Assembly: GCA_031405985.1 (NCBI GenBank)
Contig: JANOGL010000338.1
Span: 1-44,709, forward strand
DNA: 44,709 nt
Direction of reading: 5' to 3'
From: Acidobacteriota bacterium
GTDB taxonomy: Bacteria; Acidobacteriota; Blastocatellia; Pyrinomonadales; Pyrinomonadaceae
A program made the translations under genes and the position numbers. Below, in pieces: positions 20,224 through 29,912 of the stretch (position 1 is the stretch's first letter; each line of letters begins with the position of its first letter). The notes below the pieces were generated by a model. That model saw only the letters and a program-made list of their open reading frames with translations. It did no database searches and was not told the DNA's origin.

Positions 20224-22173
20224 TTAACTTAAAAGCGAACTTCGTTTCCTTAAATAACTGTGAACAGTTGCGACAAATGACGAATGTGACCATGTGAGCG
20301 GGGACACAGAAAGCGCATCACCGGTCTGCGGATCGATCTGTTCGGGAAGGACGCCGGACGGCAAGGCTCGTGCTACAACCCATTCGAGAATGTTGACGGC
20401 CTTTTGTAGATCGGTTTCGGTTTTCGCAGCAGCGATGTAATATTCGGCGAGCCAGAGCGTCGTGATTATCCACGAATTACCTGTGATTTTGTCAGAGACG
20501 CGCATGTAACCGTCGTTCTCAAAACGCGCGACGCCGCCGATCTCGTCGTTGTTTACGAGCGCATTCTCAATGGCCGCCATCGTGCTTGTGACAACAGCGT
20601 CGTCCGTCTCGAAACATCCGAAGTAAAATATGCCGAAGAGCGACGCGTCAATCGTTGCGTCCGGCATAAGTGAATCGTCGCCATTCGCGTTTAGTGCGCG
20701 CAAAAAACGTCCGTGCTCTTTGCTGTAAAGGTGTTCGCGCATCGCAGTGACGATCTCATCGGCGGTGGCGGAATATTTTGCTGCATTATGCGGTTCGTCA
20801 AAGACGCGTGCAAATGCAGCTGCTGCACGCAAACCCGCGACAACACTCGCGCATGTAAACGTGTGAACGCCGCGACGATCTTCCCAGAGATTCCAGCTCG
20901 GAAGCGGCAAGCCGGCCTTTTCGTCGCGATACGAGGTGAGAAAATTCGCGGCTTTGACAACAAGCCGTCGATAGCAGCGATGAGCAAAATCGATGTCGCG
21001 GTATTTGTCGTAGTGCTGCCAAAGCGCCCACACCACGAGCGAAGTTTCGTCCTCCTGAATCGGCAGCATCGACTTTTTAGCATGCGTGTCCCAAGATGCA
21101 TGCCAGCCTGAAGCGACGGTGCCGTCGGGATTATACTTTTGCAAAAAATACCCCCGTTCGTGAATTATTCTGCAGCATAGGTCAAAGAAGCTCCGTGCTA
21201 TTTCGCTATAACCGGCGGTGTCGAGCGCGTTTGCGACGAACGCACCGTCGCGCGTCCACAGATAGCTGTAATGATCGGTCGCGCGTTCGATAACGTCGTG
21301 GTCGTTTGCGGCTAAGATAGCACCGCCGTCATCGATTTGTGTGTTGATGATCAGCAGCGACCGTTTGTAAAGATCGGCGACCTCGATCGAAAGGCCGTCG
21401 AAGTTTACTGGATTTTTATTTACCCACGCCTTCCAATAGTTTGCCGTGTATTCGAGAAAAACGGCCGGACCGCGTTCGATGGTTTCGCGGTTAAGATCTG
21501 CGACTTCGTCGTACGTTGCGCCGGCGGCGATCCAATAATAGACCTCGTGCCCCGCGCCGCCGTCGAGCGGTACATGTACGGCAATCGTCGAATCAACCGA
21601 GCCTTCGGTGATCGCTCCGCCGTGAAGCTCACCGTCCTCTGCATCGCGCCAAGTGCCTTCGTTTTGTCTAAACGCTTTGCGTCCGGTTGCAAACGCATCA
21701 AAGCTCGGCTGCGTGTTTATCAAAAAGTACCGGTGTTTTTTGTAGTGTATCAGCGACGAGGTTTCGGGGTCGTAAAACGCGGTGTCGCCGACCTTATTCT
21801 CGTAGATGCGAAAATCGTGATGCAGGAAAAGGCGAATCTCACGTTGTTCGGCGGCGTTGTTTTTTACTGTGATGCGGCGAAGATAAATGTTGTCGTGGCT
21901 TGCGACCGTGTCGCTGCAGGTCAGTGAAACTTGCAACTGCTCATTTACGAGCGTGACATGCGTGACGAGCGTTTCGGGCAAGTATTCGAGCGTGCGTTTC
22001 CAGTCATCCGACGCGATCCACGAAAATTCACCGCCCGCCCACACACCAAAGCGGAAAGGGAAGCCCTCGGTGTGATTCTCCTGACCGACATGCGGAAAAT
22101 ATATGTCGCGTATCTGATATTTGTCGTCGAAATTGACCAGCAAACAGCCATTCCCGACCGGAATGTCACGCAT
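20224..22173 (-). CDS. Glycoside hydrolase family 15 protein (glucoamylase/trehalase-like)
   Basis: 649 aa. N-terminal beta-sandwich-like [34 protein letters not shown]. The (alpha/alpha)6-type C-terminal half has blocks YSYLWTRDGAF, WNLWEDRRGVHTFT and LPEQIDPQTG, typical of GH15. Confidence 0.8.
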   Translation of the reverse strand: MRDIPVGNGCLLVNFDDKYQIRDIYFPHVGQENHTEGFPFRFGVWAGGEFSWIASDDWKRTLEYLPETLVTHVTLVNEQLQVSLTCSDTVASHDNIYLRRITVKNNAAEQREIRLFLHHDFRIYENKVGDTAFYDPETSSLIHYKKHRYFLINTQPSFDAFATGRKAFRQNEGTWRDAEDGELHGGAITEGSVDSTIAVHVPLDGGAGHEVYYWIAAGATYDEVADLNRETIERGPAVFLEYTANYWKAWVNKNPVNFDGLSIEVADLYKRSLLIINTQIDDGGAILAANDHDVIERATDHYSYLWTRDGAFVANALDTAGYSEIARSFFDLCCRIIHERGYFLQKYNPDGTVASGWHASWDTHAKKSMLPIQEDETSLVVWALWQHYDKYRDIDFAHRCYRRLVVKAANFLTSYRDEKAGLPLPSWNLWEDRRGVHTFTCASVVAGLRAAAAFARVFDEPHNAAKYSATADEIVTAMREHLYSKEHGRFLRALNANGDDSLMPDATIDASLFGIFYFGCFETDDAVVTSTMAAIENALVNNDEIGGVARFENDGYMRVSDKITGNSWIITTLWLAEYYIAAAKTETDLQKAVNILEWVVARALPSGVLPEQIDPQTGDALSVSPLTWSHSSFVATVHSYLRKRSSLLS

Positions 22174-24716
22174 TACCCCTCTTCGCTCTCCGCGGCGAGC
22201 AGCGAGGCGGAGGTGACGGCGTCTTCGTCGCCGCAGCGGATGAGCGTGACGCCCTGGGCGCTGCGCCCCGTCTCGCGGATCTTATCGACGCCGAGGCGGA
22301 TGAGCTTGGCCTGCTGCGTGATGATCATGATCTCGCTATTTTCCTCAATAGGGAATGACGCGACGACCTTGCCGGTTTTGTCGGTTGTCTTCATGTTGAT
22401 GACGCCGATGCCGCCGCGTTTTGCGAGACGATAGCTCGAAACCACGGTTTGCTTGCCAAATCCTTTTTCGGAAACAGAGAGAATCTTCTCGACACCTTCT
22501 TGCGAGACCGAACACACGGACACGACGTAATCGCCTTTACGTAAATTCACGCCGCGAACGCCGCGTGCCGCACGACCCATCGGGCGAACGTCAGTCTCCT
22601 GAAAACGCACTGCCATGCCGTCGTGCGTCGCGATCAGTATCTGACGTTTGCCGTCGGTGCGAATCACGTCGAGCAGTTCGTCGCCAATGTCGATGTTGAT
22701 GGCGTTGATGCCGGTGGCGCGGATGTTCTGGTAATCAGCGAGGGCCGTCTTTTTGATGACGCCGTTTCGCGTGACCATCGTGAGATAAATTTCCTCCTGA
22801 AAATCGCGCACCGGCATCACGGCAACAAGTTTTCGCTCTTGCGAAAGCTGAACGAGATTTACCACCGCCTTACCGCGTGCGGCGGCGGCGGCCTCGGGAA
22901 TCTCGTGCACCTTTATCTTAAAGACCTGGCCGTCGTCGGTGAAGATCATCAGATAAGCATGTGTCGAGGCGATAAAAAGATGCTCGACAAAATCTTCGTT
23001 CTTCGCCGTCGCGCCTAAGCGGCCTTTGCCACCGCGTCCCTGCCGCGAATAGGTCGAGACGGGCGTGCGCTTGATGTAACCGGCATTTGTAACGGTGATC
23101 GCAACGTCCTCATCGGGTATCAGATCCTCGATGCTCAGATCGACGCCCGCATCGATGATCACAGTGCGGCGCTCGTCGGCGTAAAGCCGTCTGACCTCGG
23201 TCAGCTCGTCCGTTATCACCTGACGCAGGACGTTTTCGTTTTGCAGAATGTTCTCGAGCTCGGCGATGTGCTTTATGATCTCAGCGTATTCGTCGAGGAT
23301 CTTTTGGCGTTCGAGCGCCGACAGGCGACGCAACTGCAGATCGAGGATCGCCTGCGCTTGAATCTCAGTAAATTCGAGACTTGCGATGACCGTTTGCAGT
23401 TTTTTGAGAAACGCGTCCGGCGAATCGCTGCCTGTGATGCCGCGCCACTTCTTAACTTCTTTCAGCCCGGCGAAATTAGCAGTCAGCCATGAGCGAGCTT
23501 CATCGACGGAATTAGCATTGCGGATCAGCGGAATGATGTAATCGAGCGCGTCGATCGCTTTATTTAAGCCCTCTAAAATGTGAGCACGGGCCTGCGCTTT
23601 GCGAAGCTCAAACTCAGTTCTTCGACGCACGACCTGACGGCGAAACTCGACGAATGCCTCGAGTATCTGTTTTAAATTCAGCACCTTTGGCTGGCCGTCG
23701 ATGATCGCGATGTTGATGATGCCGAACGACGATTGCATCGGCGTCAGCTTGTAAAGCTTGTTGAGAATTACCTGCGGGATCGCATCGCGTTTTAGCTCGA
23801 CGACGATTCGCATTCCTTCGCGGTTCGATTCGTCGCGGATCTCCGAGACGCCTTCGAGTTTGCGTTCCTGAACAAGCTCCGCCATTCGCTCGATGAGTTT
23901 CGCTTTGTTGACCTGATACGGAATTTCGGTGACGACGACGGCGTTGCGTGTGCGTTCGCCGCGACCGATCTCGTCAATGCCGGCGCGCGCACGCATCTGA
24001 ATAATGCCGCGGCCTTCGCGATAAGCGCGATGGATCTCCTCGCGGCCATAGATAAAACCGGCGGTCGGGAAATCGGGGCCGGGAATGAGTTTTATCAGAT
24101 CATTGATCGTGATCTGCGGATCCTTGATAAGTGCGATCGTGCCATCGAGTATCTCGCCGAGATTATGCGGCGGGATCTTTGTCGCCATGCCGACTGCAAT
24201 CCCTTCAGAACCGTTCACCAAGAGCAGCGGGACCTTTGTCGGCAACACGCTCGGCTCGGAAAGCGTATCGTCATAATTCGGTGTGAAATTGACGGTCTCT
24301 TTCTCGATGTCGGCGAGCACTTCGTTCGCGATCTTTGCAAGACGGACCTCCGTGTATCGCATCGCCGCCGGATTATCACCGTCAACCGAACCGAAATTCC
24401 CCTGCCCGTCCACTAGCGGATAACGCATCGAGAAATCCTGCGCCATTCGCACGACCGAGTCGTAGATCGCCGAATCGCCGTGCGGGTGATACTTACCCAT
24501 AACGTCACCAACGGCGCGGGCCGATTTTCTGTATGCCTTTCCGGCGACATTTCCCTGCTCAAACATTCCGTAAAGAATGCGCCGGTGAACGGGTTTAAGG
24601 CCGTCGCGGACGTCCGGCAGTGCGCGGCCGATGATTACACTCATCGCGTAGTCGAGATACGACCGTCGCATTTCGTCTTCGATATTAATTTGGTTGCGTT
24701 CTAGTATTGAATCCAT
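22173..24716 (-). CDS. gyrA: DNA gyrase subunit A
   Basis: [43 protein letters not shown], and AAMRYTE holding the active-site Tyr. The C-terminal beta-pinwheel repeats and an acidic tail are present. Confidence 0.97.
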   Translation of the reverse strand: MDSILERNQINIEDEMRRSYLDYAMSVIIGRALPDVRDGLKPVHRRILYGMFEQGNVAGKAYRKSARAVGDVMGKYHPHGDSAIYDSVVRMAQDFSMRYPLVDGQGNFGSVDGDNPAAMRYTEVRLAKIANEVLADIEKETVNFTPNYDDTLSEPSVLPTKVPLLLVNGSEGIAVGMATKIPPHNLGEILDGTIALIKDPQITINDLIKLIPGPDFPTAGFIYGREEIHRAYREGRGIIQMRARAGIDEIGRGERTRNAVVVTEIPYQVNKAKLIERMAELVQERKLEGVSEIRDESNREGMRIVVELKRDAIPQVILNKLYKLTPMQSSFGIINIAIIDGQPKVLNLKQILEAFVEFRRQVVRRRTEFELRKAQARAHILEGLNKAIDALDYIIPLIRNANSVDEARSWLTANFAGLKEVKKWRGITGSDSPDAFLKKLQTVIASLEFTEIQAQAILDLQLRRLSALERQKILDEYAEIIKHIAELENILQNENVLRQVITDELTEVRRLYADERRTVIIDAGVDLSIEDLIPDEDVAITVTNAGYIKRTPVSTYSRQGRGGKGRLGATAKNEDFVEHLFIASTHAYLMIFTDDGQVFKIKVHEIPEAAAAARGKAVVNLVQLSQERKLVAVMPVRDFQEEIYLTMVTRNGVIKKTALADYQNIRATGINAINIDIGDELLDVIRTDGKRQILIATHDGMAVRFQETDVRPMGRAARGVRGVNLRKGDYVVSVCSVSQEGVEKILSVSEKGFGKQTVVSSYRLAKRGGIGVINMKTTDKTGKVVASFPIEENSEIMIITQQAKLIRLGVDKIRETGRSAQGVTLIRCGDEDAVTSASLLAAESEEG

Positions 24717-24946
24717 GTTAAAAATGGTTAAGCGGTTACGAAATTAGATCTTCCAAACTTAATAAAATGAGTGAGTTATAAAAATTAGGTTGAACAAAAA
24801 ACGATTTTCACTTACACTACATTTTACAGGTCTAGTGCCTGTTCCGCAAACTGCCTCATCTTCCTTGGGGCACTAACATTTCACCGGCACAAGCTCCCCT
24901 CTGTGATCGAAACTAACCAGGTTAGAATAGAGATCAATATCTTTTT

Positions 24947-25726
24947 ATGGCACGTGCTCGTCGATCAAGATCAAAGAAAAAAGAAAAAAGGCGTGCAAGC
25001 CTCCCAGATGTTTGGGAGGAAAGTCGCGTAATTCTCCAGGTCCGAGATAGCCCGACTGATACCTGGGCGGTGGAAATAGAGACACAGACGCTGTCACGTT
25101 TTGGGGCCTCCTTTAATATCAAACGAGAGTGTAACGTGGGCCAGCTCGTAAATATACGCTTTCCGTCGTCGATAGCAGACGAGTTTTTTGGTCGTGGCGG
25201 TGATCCGTTGTCTATAGTATCCCTGATCCAACAAAGCAATCGAGTAATTGTGAACGGTGAGCCACGATTTCATATCAGCGTGGCATTTGTGGGCGAAAAG
25301 TTTCCGGATAGCTACCGCGCTGATCCCCTACAGTCATACGCAGTTTGTGGCTCGCATGAAAATGGCTTTTTCAAGATCACCGAATCAGAAAAGCCGTTCA
25401 AAACCCGCCGTCATCCCAGGTTTCGATTCGAATTGGAGATAAGGTTGCTGCATATTAAGAAAACAGACCAAACCATAGTGAGGGGGCTAGGTTTTACCAA
25501 GAATGTCTCTGTTTCCGGGCTGTCTGTTATTTCCACGGTTGAGGCGCAGATCGGAGACAAGATCAAGATCGGTTCTCCAGATCTGGATTTTTATGGCATT
25601 GCAGTAGTTCGTAACACGAGGTCTCTGATTGGTGTTGAAAATCTCCTCCACGTTGAATTTCTAGATTCTGCCTTTCCTACAAGTCGGGTCAAGTCCGTCC
25701 TGACAAATCAACAGCAGGTCGTTTAG
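24947..25726 (+). CDS. Tandem PilZ-domain protein, paralog 1 (degenerate N-domain, canonical C-domain)
   Basis: The C-domain has RRHPR (RxxxR) and NVSVSG (NxSxxG). The N-domain keeps only TLSRFG and has a polybasic N-terminus, MARARRSRSKKKEKRRAS. It shares the C-terminal block LHVEFLDSAFP with the next two genes. Confidence 0.7.
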   Translation: MARARRSRSKKKEKRRASLPDVWEESRVILQVRDSPTDTWAVEIETQTLSRFGASFNIKRECNVGQLVNIRFPSSIADEFFGRGGDPLSIVSLIQQSNRVIVNGEPRFHISVAFVGEKFPDSYRADPLQSYAVCGSHENGFFKITESEKPFKTRRHPRFRFELEIRLLHIKKTDQTIVRGLGFTKNVSVSGLSVISTVEAQIGDKIKIGSPDLDFYGIAVVRNTRSLIGVENLLHVEFLDSAFPTSRVKSVLTNQQQVV

Positions 25727-25811
25727 AAATCTGGAAATGTTCTTCTTTTACTACTTTCCTTATTTGCAGGCATAAGCCTGACATTCGAACCTCCTCACCT
25801 ATAAAGTAGCC

Positions 25812-26636
25812 ATGTTGCAAACAGAAACACACCCACAAAACCCATCTAAAGCAGTTACCCCAACAGCAAATTCGACCAATATAAACGTAGGTATCAAGGA
25901 AAACCGCCGGCTTCAACGGATCGCCCTTCCCCTGCCCGTGCGCGTCGAGATCAAGATCGACAACAACGCCGAGTGGAATGAAGTTACTCGACTGAGTGAC
26001 GTATCCGCTTTTGGTGCTGGCTTCTTTTTGAAGCGGCCATTGAAGCGCGGACGGCTGGCATATTTAACGATTCCGATGCCGCGGCAATTGCGTTCGTTCG
26101 ACTACGGCGAACCGAATTATAAGATTTGGGGCGTCGTTCGCCGATGCCTGGCCGTTAGCGAAGATGCTGACAAGCCCGAATACGCGATCGGCGTTGCTTT
26201 TACCGGCAAAAATCCGCCGAACAGCTACCTTGAGAATCCGGCGCAGCTCTATGATCTCATTGATCGCGAAGGCAACGGTGACGGACTCTGGAAACTCGAG
26301 CCTGCGAATCTGCTCGCCGACGAGAGCCATCTAGCGAAGAGCGATCGCAAGCATACCCGTTATTCGATTCCGGAAACTCTCCTCGTTCAAAAAGTCGATG
26401 ACCAAGGCGACACGATCGAAGCACAGGTGACGGTGAGCGAGAATATCAGTCTCGGTGGCGCGGCAGTGTTGACTTCGATGCAGGCGACGCGCGGCACATT
26501 TTTAAGAGTGACATGCGAGCGTCTGGGTGTTACAATTCTTACAGTTGTTCGCGGTTATCGCGTAGGCTTCGACGGCATCTCCCGGCTTCATCTCGAATTC
26601 ATCGACAAACACTTTCCGCTTGAAGGCATCGAGTAA
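25812..26636 (+). CDS. Tandem PilZ-domain protein, paralog 2 (both domains canonical)
   Basis: The N-domain has RRLQR and DVSAFG. The C-domain has RKHTR and NISLGG. Ends with LHLEFIDKHFP. Confidence 0.75.
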   Translation: MLQTETHPQNPSKAVTPTANSTNINVGIKENRRLQRIALPLPVRVEIKIDNNAEWNEVTRLSDVSAFGAGFFLKRPLKRGRLAYLTIPMPRQLRSFDYGEPNYKIWGVVRRCLAVSEDADKPEYAIGVAFTGKNPPNSYLENPAQLYDLIDREGNGDGLWKLEPANLLADESHLAKSDRKHTRYSIPETLLVQKVDDQGDTIEAQVTVSENISLGGAAVLTSMQATRGTFLRVTCERLGVTILTVVRGYRVGFDGISRLHLEFIDKHFPLEGIE

Positions 26637-26681
26637 TTCCGAACGCACCTTATTTATTTAACTCCCTTAAAATTTCAAGTT

Positions 26682-27557
26682 ATGAAGAGCACTCGTAAAT
26701 CGACAAAATCGGAGTCTAGAACCGCGCAGAGGGCAAGCTCGGCTCTGAAAACGCTAGTTAAAGTTAGGGAAAGCGACAACGAAGTTTGGAAAGACGTGAC
26801 TCAGGTCACTACTGTGTCTAAGAACGGCGCCGGATTCGATCTGAAGCGGCCCTGTGCAGTCGGGCGTCTTATCACGCTCGTGCTGCCGATGCCAAACAAG
26901 CTTCGAGTTTACGACCACGAAGAAAAGCTTTATCCGGTTATGGGCCTCGTTCAGTATTGCAACGAATCGAACGAAGACGGCGAAACGGTTTATCACGTTG
27001 GCGTCGGTTTTATCGGCAAGATCGTTCCGGGGAGCTTTCGCCTTAATCCACTGCAAAGCTATCGCATCACGGGAATGAGTTCAGAAAGTCTCTGGACGGT
27101 GACCGAGGTCGATACGCCGTTTACTATTCGTCGCGATCCACGATATTGGGTCGCATTCGACGTATCCGTCACGGTTTTGCAAAAGGAAAAGCGAACTTCT
27201 AAGAAAGAGAACGCAGTTACGCAGAACATCGGCGCAGGCGGTGCGGCAGTCGTATGCCAACTCGACGCCCAAGCTGGGGACACTGTCAAATTCGGCTGCA
27301 AGGCGTTCGATTTTTACACGATGGCGACGGTGCGCGAGCGTAAAGAGCGAAAGAACCTGCCGCCGACGCTGCATCTCGAATTTGTCGAGAACCGTTTTCC
27401 AGTCGATAAGATCGTTCACAGCGACAAGGCGCGACCGGCCGAAATTCAGACGCTCGACGACGACGACGACGATACAACACCAAATGTTGGTTTGGACATC
27501 AGTCACGTGCCTGCACATGCATCGCAAGCGGGCGAATTCGATTTTACAAATTTTTAA
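26682..27557 (+). CDS. Tandem PilZ-domain protein, paralog 3 (acidic C-terminal tail)
   Basis: The N-domain has RTAQR and TVSKNG. The C-domain has RRDPR and NIGAGG (the Ser is replaced). Carries LHLEFVENRFP and then a tail containing DDDDDD. Confidence 0.7.
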   Translation: MKSTRKSTKSESRTAQRASSALKTLVKVRESDNEVWKDVTQVTTVSKNGAGFDLKRPCAVGRLITLVLPMPNKLRVYDHEEKLYPVMGLVQYCNESNEDGETVYHVGVGFIGKIVPGSFRLNPLQSYRITGMSSESLWTVTEVDTPFTIRRDPRYWVAFDVSVTVLQKEKRTSKKENAVTQNIGAGGAAVVCQLDAQAGDTVKFGCKAFDFYTMATVRERKERKNLPPTLHLEFVENRFPVDKIVHSDKARPAEIQTLDDDDDDTTPNVGLDISHVPAHASQAGEFDFTNF

Positions 27558-27558
27558 A

Positions 27559-29190
27559 CTAAGGCTTATTTTGCGGAGGCTGTGGCTGCGTTCTCAATGG
27601 AGCACTCTCGCCGTTCCGCATTGCGTTTCGTAAGCGACGCCGCTGTTCGGGAGTTAAGTTGCGCGGGTTGAATCGCGGCTGAGGCATATTGCCAGTCGGT
27701 CTTCGCGTGACTGAAGGGATTTCGCCGTCTTTAATAGTGGTCGTAGTCGTTCCGCCATTGGGATTTTTTTCCGTGACGATAATATTTCCTTTTTTACCGT
27801 CCTTCGGAAACTGGACAACGGTTCCGTCATCATCGGTAATCGTCTCCATTTCAACGCCCTTGTTATCCTTTGTGATCTCGGCTGATTTTGTTTTGCCGTC
27901 TTGAGGCTGAGACTCGCTCCTAGACGGCTCAGCGAGTTGCGTCGAGCCACTGCTTTGCGTGCTTGGTTGTACAGAATTTAAATTTTTTTCAGTTTCGGCA
28001 TTGGTGTTTAAGATATTCGAAACATCGGCGCTCGTTTCGTTCGTTGTTTCGTTTTCAGGCGCCCCACCGCCGAAGGCCAACGGGTTCATCATATAAATAC
28101 CGCCAGCGACCGCCGAGCCGCCGATCAAAACTGCGAGTGCTCCGGCTGCAATCGCGAGTCCACGTCGATTTTTCGGAGAGGCAGTCGCCGCGGCTTTGAG
28201 TGAGGTAACTTCGGAGACATGCGGCTTAAAGACCTCGGTCTTTACTTCGCGTTGTGAAACTCCTGCCGCCGTATCCTCGCCCATCAATCTTGTTGGCTGG
28301 GCGATAACGTTCGTGCTCCCAGTCGCAACCGATGCAGTATTTACGTTCGTGAGATAGGCGTAATTTTCGCTTTCTCTGAGCATTTGCAGCATTTTAGTCG
28401 CTGATTCAGGACGCTCACCGGCGTTGAGGTCCATGGCTTTTTGCAGAACACCTGCGAGACCACGCGGCACAGCGGGCTCGACGTCGCAAGCAGGTATCAG
28501 CGTGTCGCCCCTTTGGCTGAGCACGCTCATCGCACGGGTTAACGCGTCTTCAGGGACAACATTTGTCAGCAAATGATATAACGTCGCGGAGAGCGAATAG
28601 AGGTCGCTTCGCGGATCGGTGCCAGTGCCCTGGATTTGTTCGAGCGAGGCGTAATTGCGCGAGTAGCCGAAAATGCTCTTCGCCGCACTGTGATGAGCGG
28701 CGTCAGTAGGGTTGCCTTTTGCGAGACCAAAATCGAGCAGAATGATATCGCCACGTGCATTTACTTTTAAGTTCTGCGGTTTGATATCGCGATGAATAAC
28801 AGGAACGTTTTGGTTGTGCAGGTAGTCGAGCGCGTCGAGCAGTTGATCGGCCCATTTCGCGACCGTCTCGACGGGGAAGGGAGCGTTTTGATTTTCGAGA
28901 ATTGTCGCAACATCGTCTCCTGGAATGTATTCCATGACGAGGAACTGGCCGTTGTCTTCCTCGAAGTGATCGCTGACTCGCGGCAGAGCGTTGTGCTTCA
29001 GGCTGTTTAATAATCTCGCTTCGCGCTCGATCGCTTTGCGAAAATTATCGTCCATGCACAGCGTCTCTTTGATCGCGACGGTGCTACCAAAACGCTCGTC
29101 AGTCGCAACGTAAACCGCGCCCATGCCGCCCTGGCCGATCTGCTTATCGATCTTGTAACGCCGCTGTAAAAATTTACCAGTCTCGATCAT
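27559..29190 (-). CDS. Hanks-type Ser/Thr protein kinase, single-pass membrane, low-complexity extracytoplasmic C-terminal region
   Basis: GQGGMGAVY, VAIKE, HRDIKPQNL and DFGLAK are present. TM helix LAIAAGALAVLIGGSAVAGGIYMM. The C-terminal part is rich in T, N and Q and ends in a basic, Pro-rich tail. Confidence 0.9.
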   Translation of the reverse strand: MIETGKFLQRRYKIDKQIGQGGMGAVYVATDERFGSTVAIKETLCMDDNFRKAIEREARLLNSLKHNALPRVSDHFEEDNGQFLVMEYIPGDDVATILENQNAPFPVETVAKWADQLLDALDYLHNQNVPVIHRDIKPQNLKVNARGDIILLDFGLAKGNPTDAAHHSAAKSIFGYSRNYASLEQIQGTGTDPRSDLYSLSATLYHLLTNVVPEDALTRAMSVLSQRGDTLIPACDVEPAVPRGLAGVLQKAMDLNAGERPESATKMLQMLRESENYAYLTNVNTASVATGSTNVIAQPTRLMGEDTAAGVSQREVKTEVFKPHVSEVTSLKAAATASPKNRRGLAIAAGALAVLIGGSAVAGGIYMMNPLAFGGGAPENETTNETSADVSNILNTNAETEKNLNSVQPSTQSSGSTQLAEPSRSESQPQDGKTKSAEITKDNKGVEMETITDDDGTVVQFPKDGKKGNIIVTEKNPNGGTTTTTIKDGEIPSVTRRPTGNMPQPRFNPRNLTPEQRRRLRNAMRNGESAPLRTQPQPPQNKP

Positions 29191-29266
29191 CGAACTTGCC
29201 TAATGATACTACCAAATCAGCTAGAACCTCAATAAAGCTAAGGCGGGCACGTCAAACTTGCACTAT

Positions 29267-29290
29267 GAAACAAATTCCGTGACCCTACGT
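29267..29290 (+). promoter_or_regulatory. Candidate ECF-type autoregulated promoter (GAAAC-N16-CGT)
   Basis: tGAAAC (29266-29271), a 16-nt spacer, then CGTAA (29288-29292). It lies 15 nt upstream of the sigma-factor ATG at 29307. Motif match only. Confidence 0.3.
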
Positions 29291-29306
29291 AATAGCAGGC
29301 AGCAAA

Positions 29307-29909
29307 ATGGCGGGGGCGATTGTAATTGACGGGATCAGGCAGTTCACGGACGGTGAATTGATAATCAGCGCGATCAATGGCCGTGGCGATGGTTTTGAGG
29401 AGCTGGTTCGCCGTTATCAGAGGCCGATCACGAGCTATATTTTCAGAATGGTCGGAAACTATGAGTCCTCGCTCGACGTCACACAAGAAGTTTTCATCAA
29501 GGTTTACAATTCGCTCACAAAATACAGCCCTGAGTATAAATTCTCGACGTGGCTCTACCGCATCGCGCACAACGCGGCCGTCGATCATTTGCGGCGAAAT
29601 TCGGTGAATGTACAAAGCCTCGAGGCGGAGAATAGCGAAGGCACGTTCGAGCTGCAAATCGAGAGCCGCGGGGCGACGCCCGAACAGGAGCACGAGCGAA
29701 GCGAATGGCGCAGCGAGATCGAATCGGTCGTCCGCTGTTTGCCGCCGGCGTATCGTGATCTGATCCTATTGCGACACGCGCGTGACTTGAGTTATGACGA
29801 GATCGCCGAGGTTACGGCTCTACCGCTTGGCACAGTAAAGAATCGTTTGTTTCGTGCACGCGAGATGATGCGCGAGATGTTTATCGAGCGTGGATTCACT
29901 TGGATGTAA
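29307..29909 (+). CDS. ECF (group IV) RNA polymerase sigma factor
   Basis: Region 2 blocks are DVTQEVFIKVY and FSTWLYRIAHNAAVDHLRR. The region 4 HTH is LSYDEIAEVTALPLGTVKNRLFRAR. Confidence 0.9.
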   Translation: MAGAIVIDGIRQFTDGELIISAINGRGDGFEELVRRYQRPITSYIFRMVGNYESSLDVTQEVFIKVYNSLTKYSPEYKFSTWLYRIAHNAAVDHLRRNSVNVQSLEAENSEGTFELQIESRGATPEQEHERSEWRSEIESVVRCLPPAYRDLILLRHARDLSYDEIAEVTALPLGTVKNRLFRAREMMREMFIERGFTWM

Positions 29910-29912
29910 AAG

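Noticed and set aside
24835-24885. Inverted repeat TAGTGCC ... GGCACTA (7 bp arms, ~30-nt loop) in the region between gyrA and the PilZ genes
   Set aside because: The stem is short, the loop is large and there is no T-run. It could occur by chance in 230 bp and no function can be argued from the sequence alone.
27462-27479. GAC x6 trinucleotide run
   Set aside because: It is in frame and simply encodes the DDDDDD tail of PilZ paralog 3. It is noted under that gene rather than as a separate DNA element.
29238-29693. 151-aa minus-strand ORF overlapping the ECF sigma gene
   Set aside because: It is a shadow ORF. The + frame has complete sigma region 2 and region 4 signatures.
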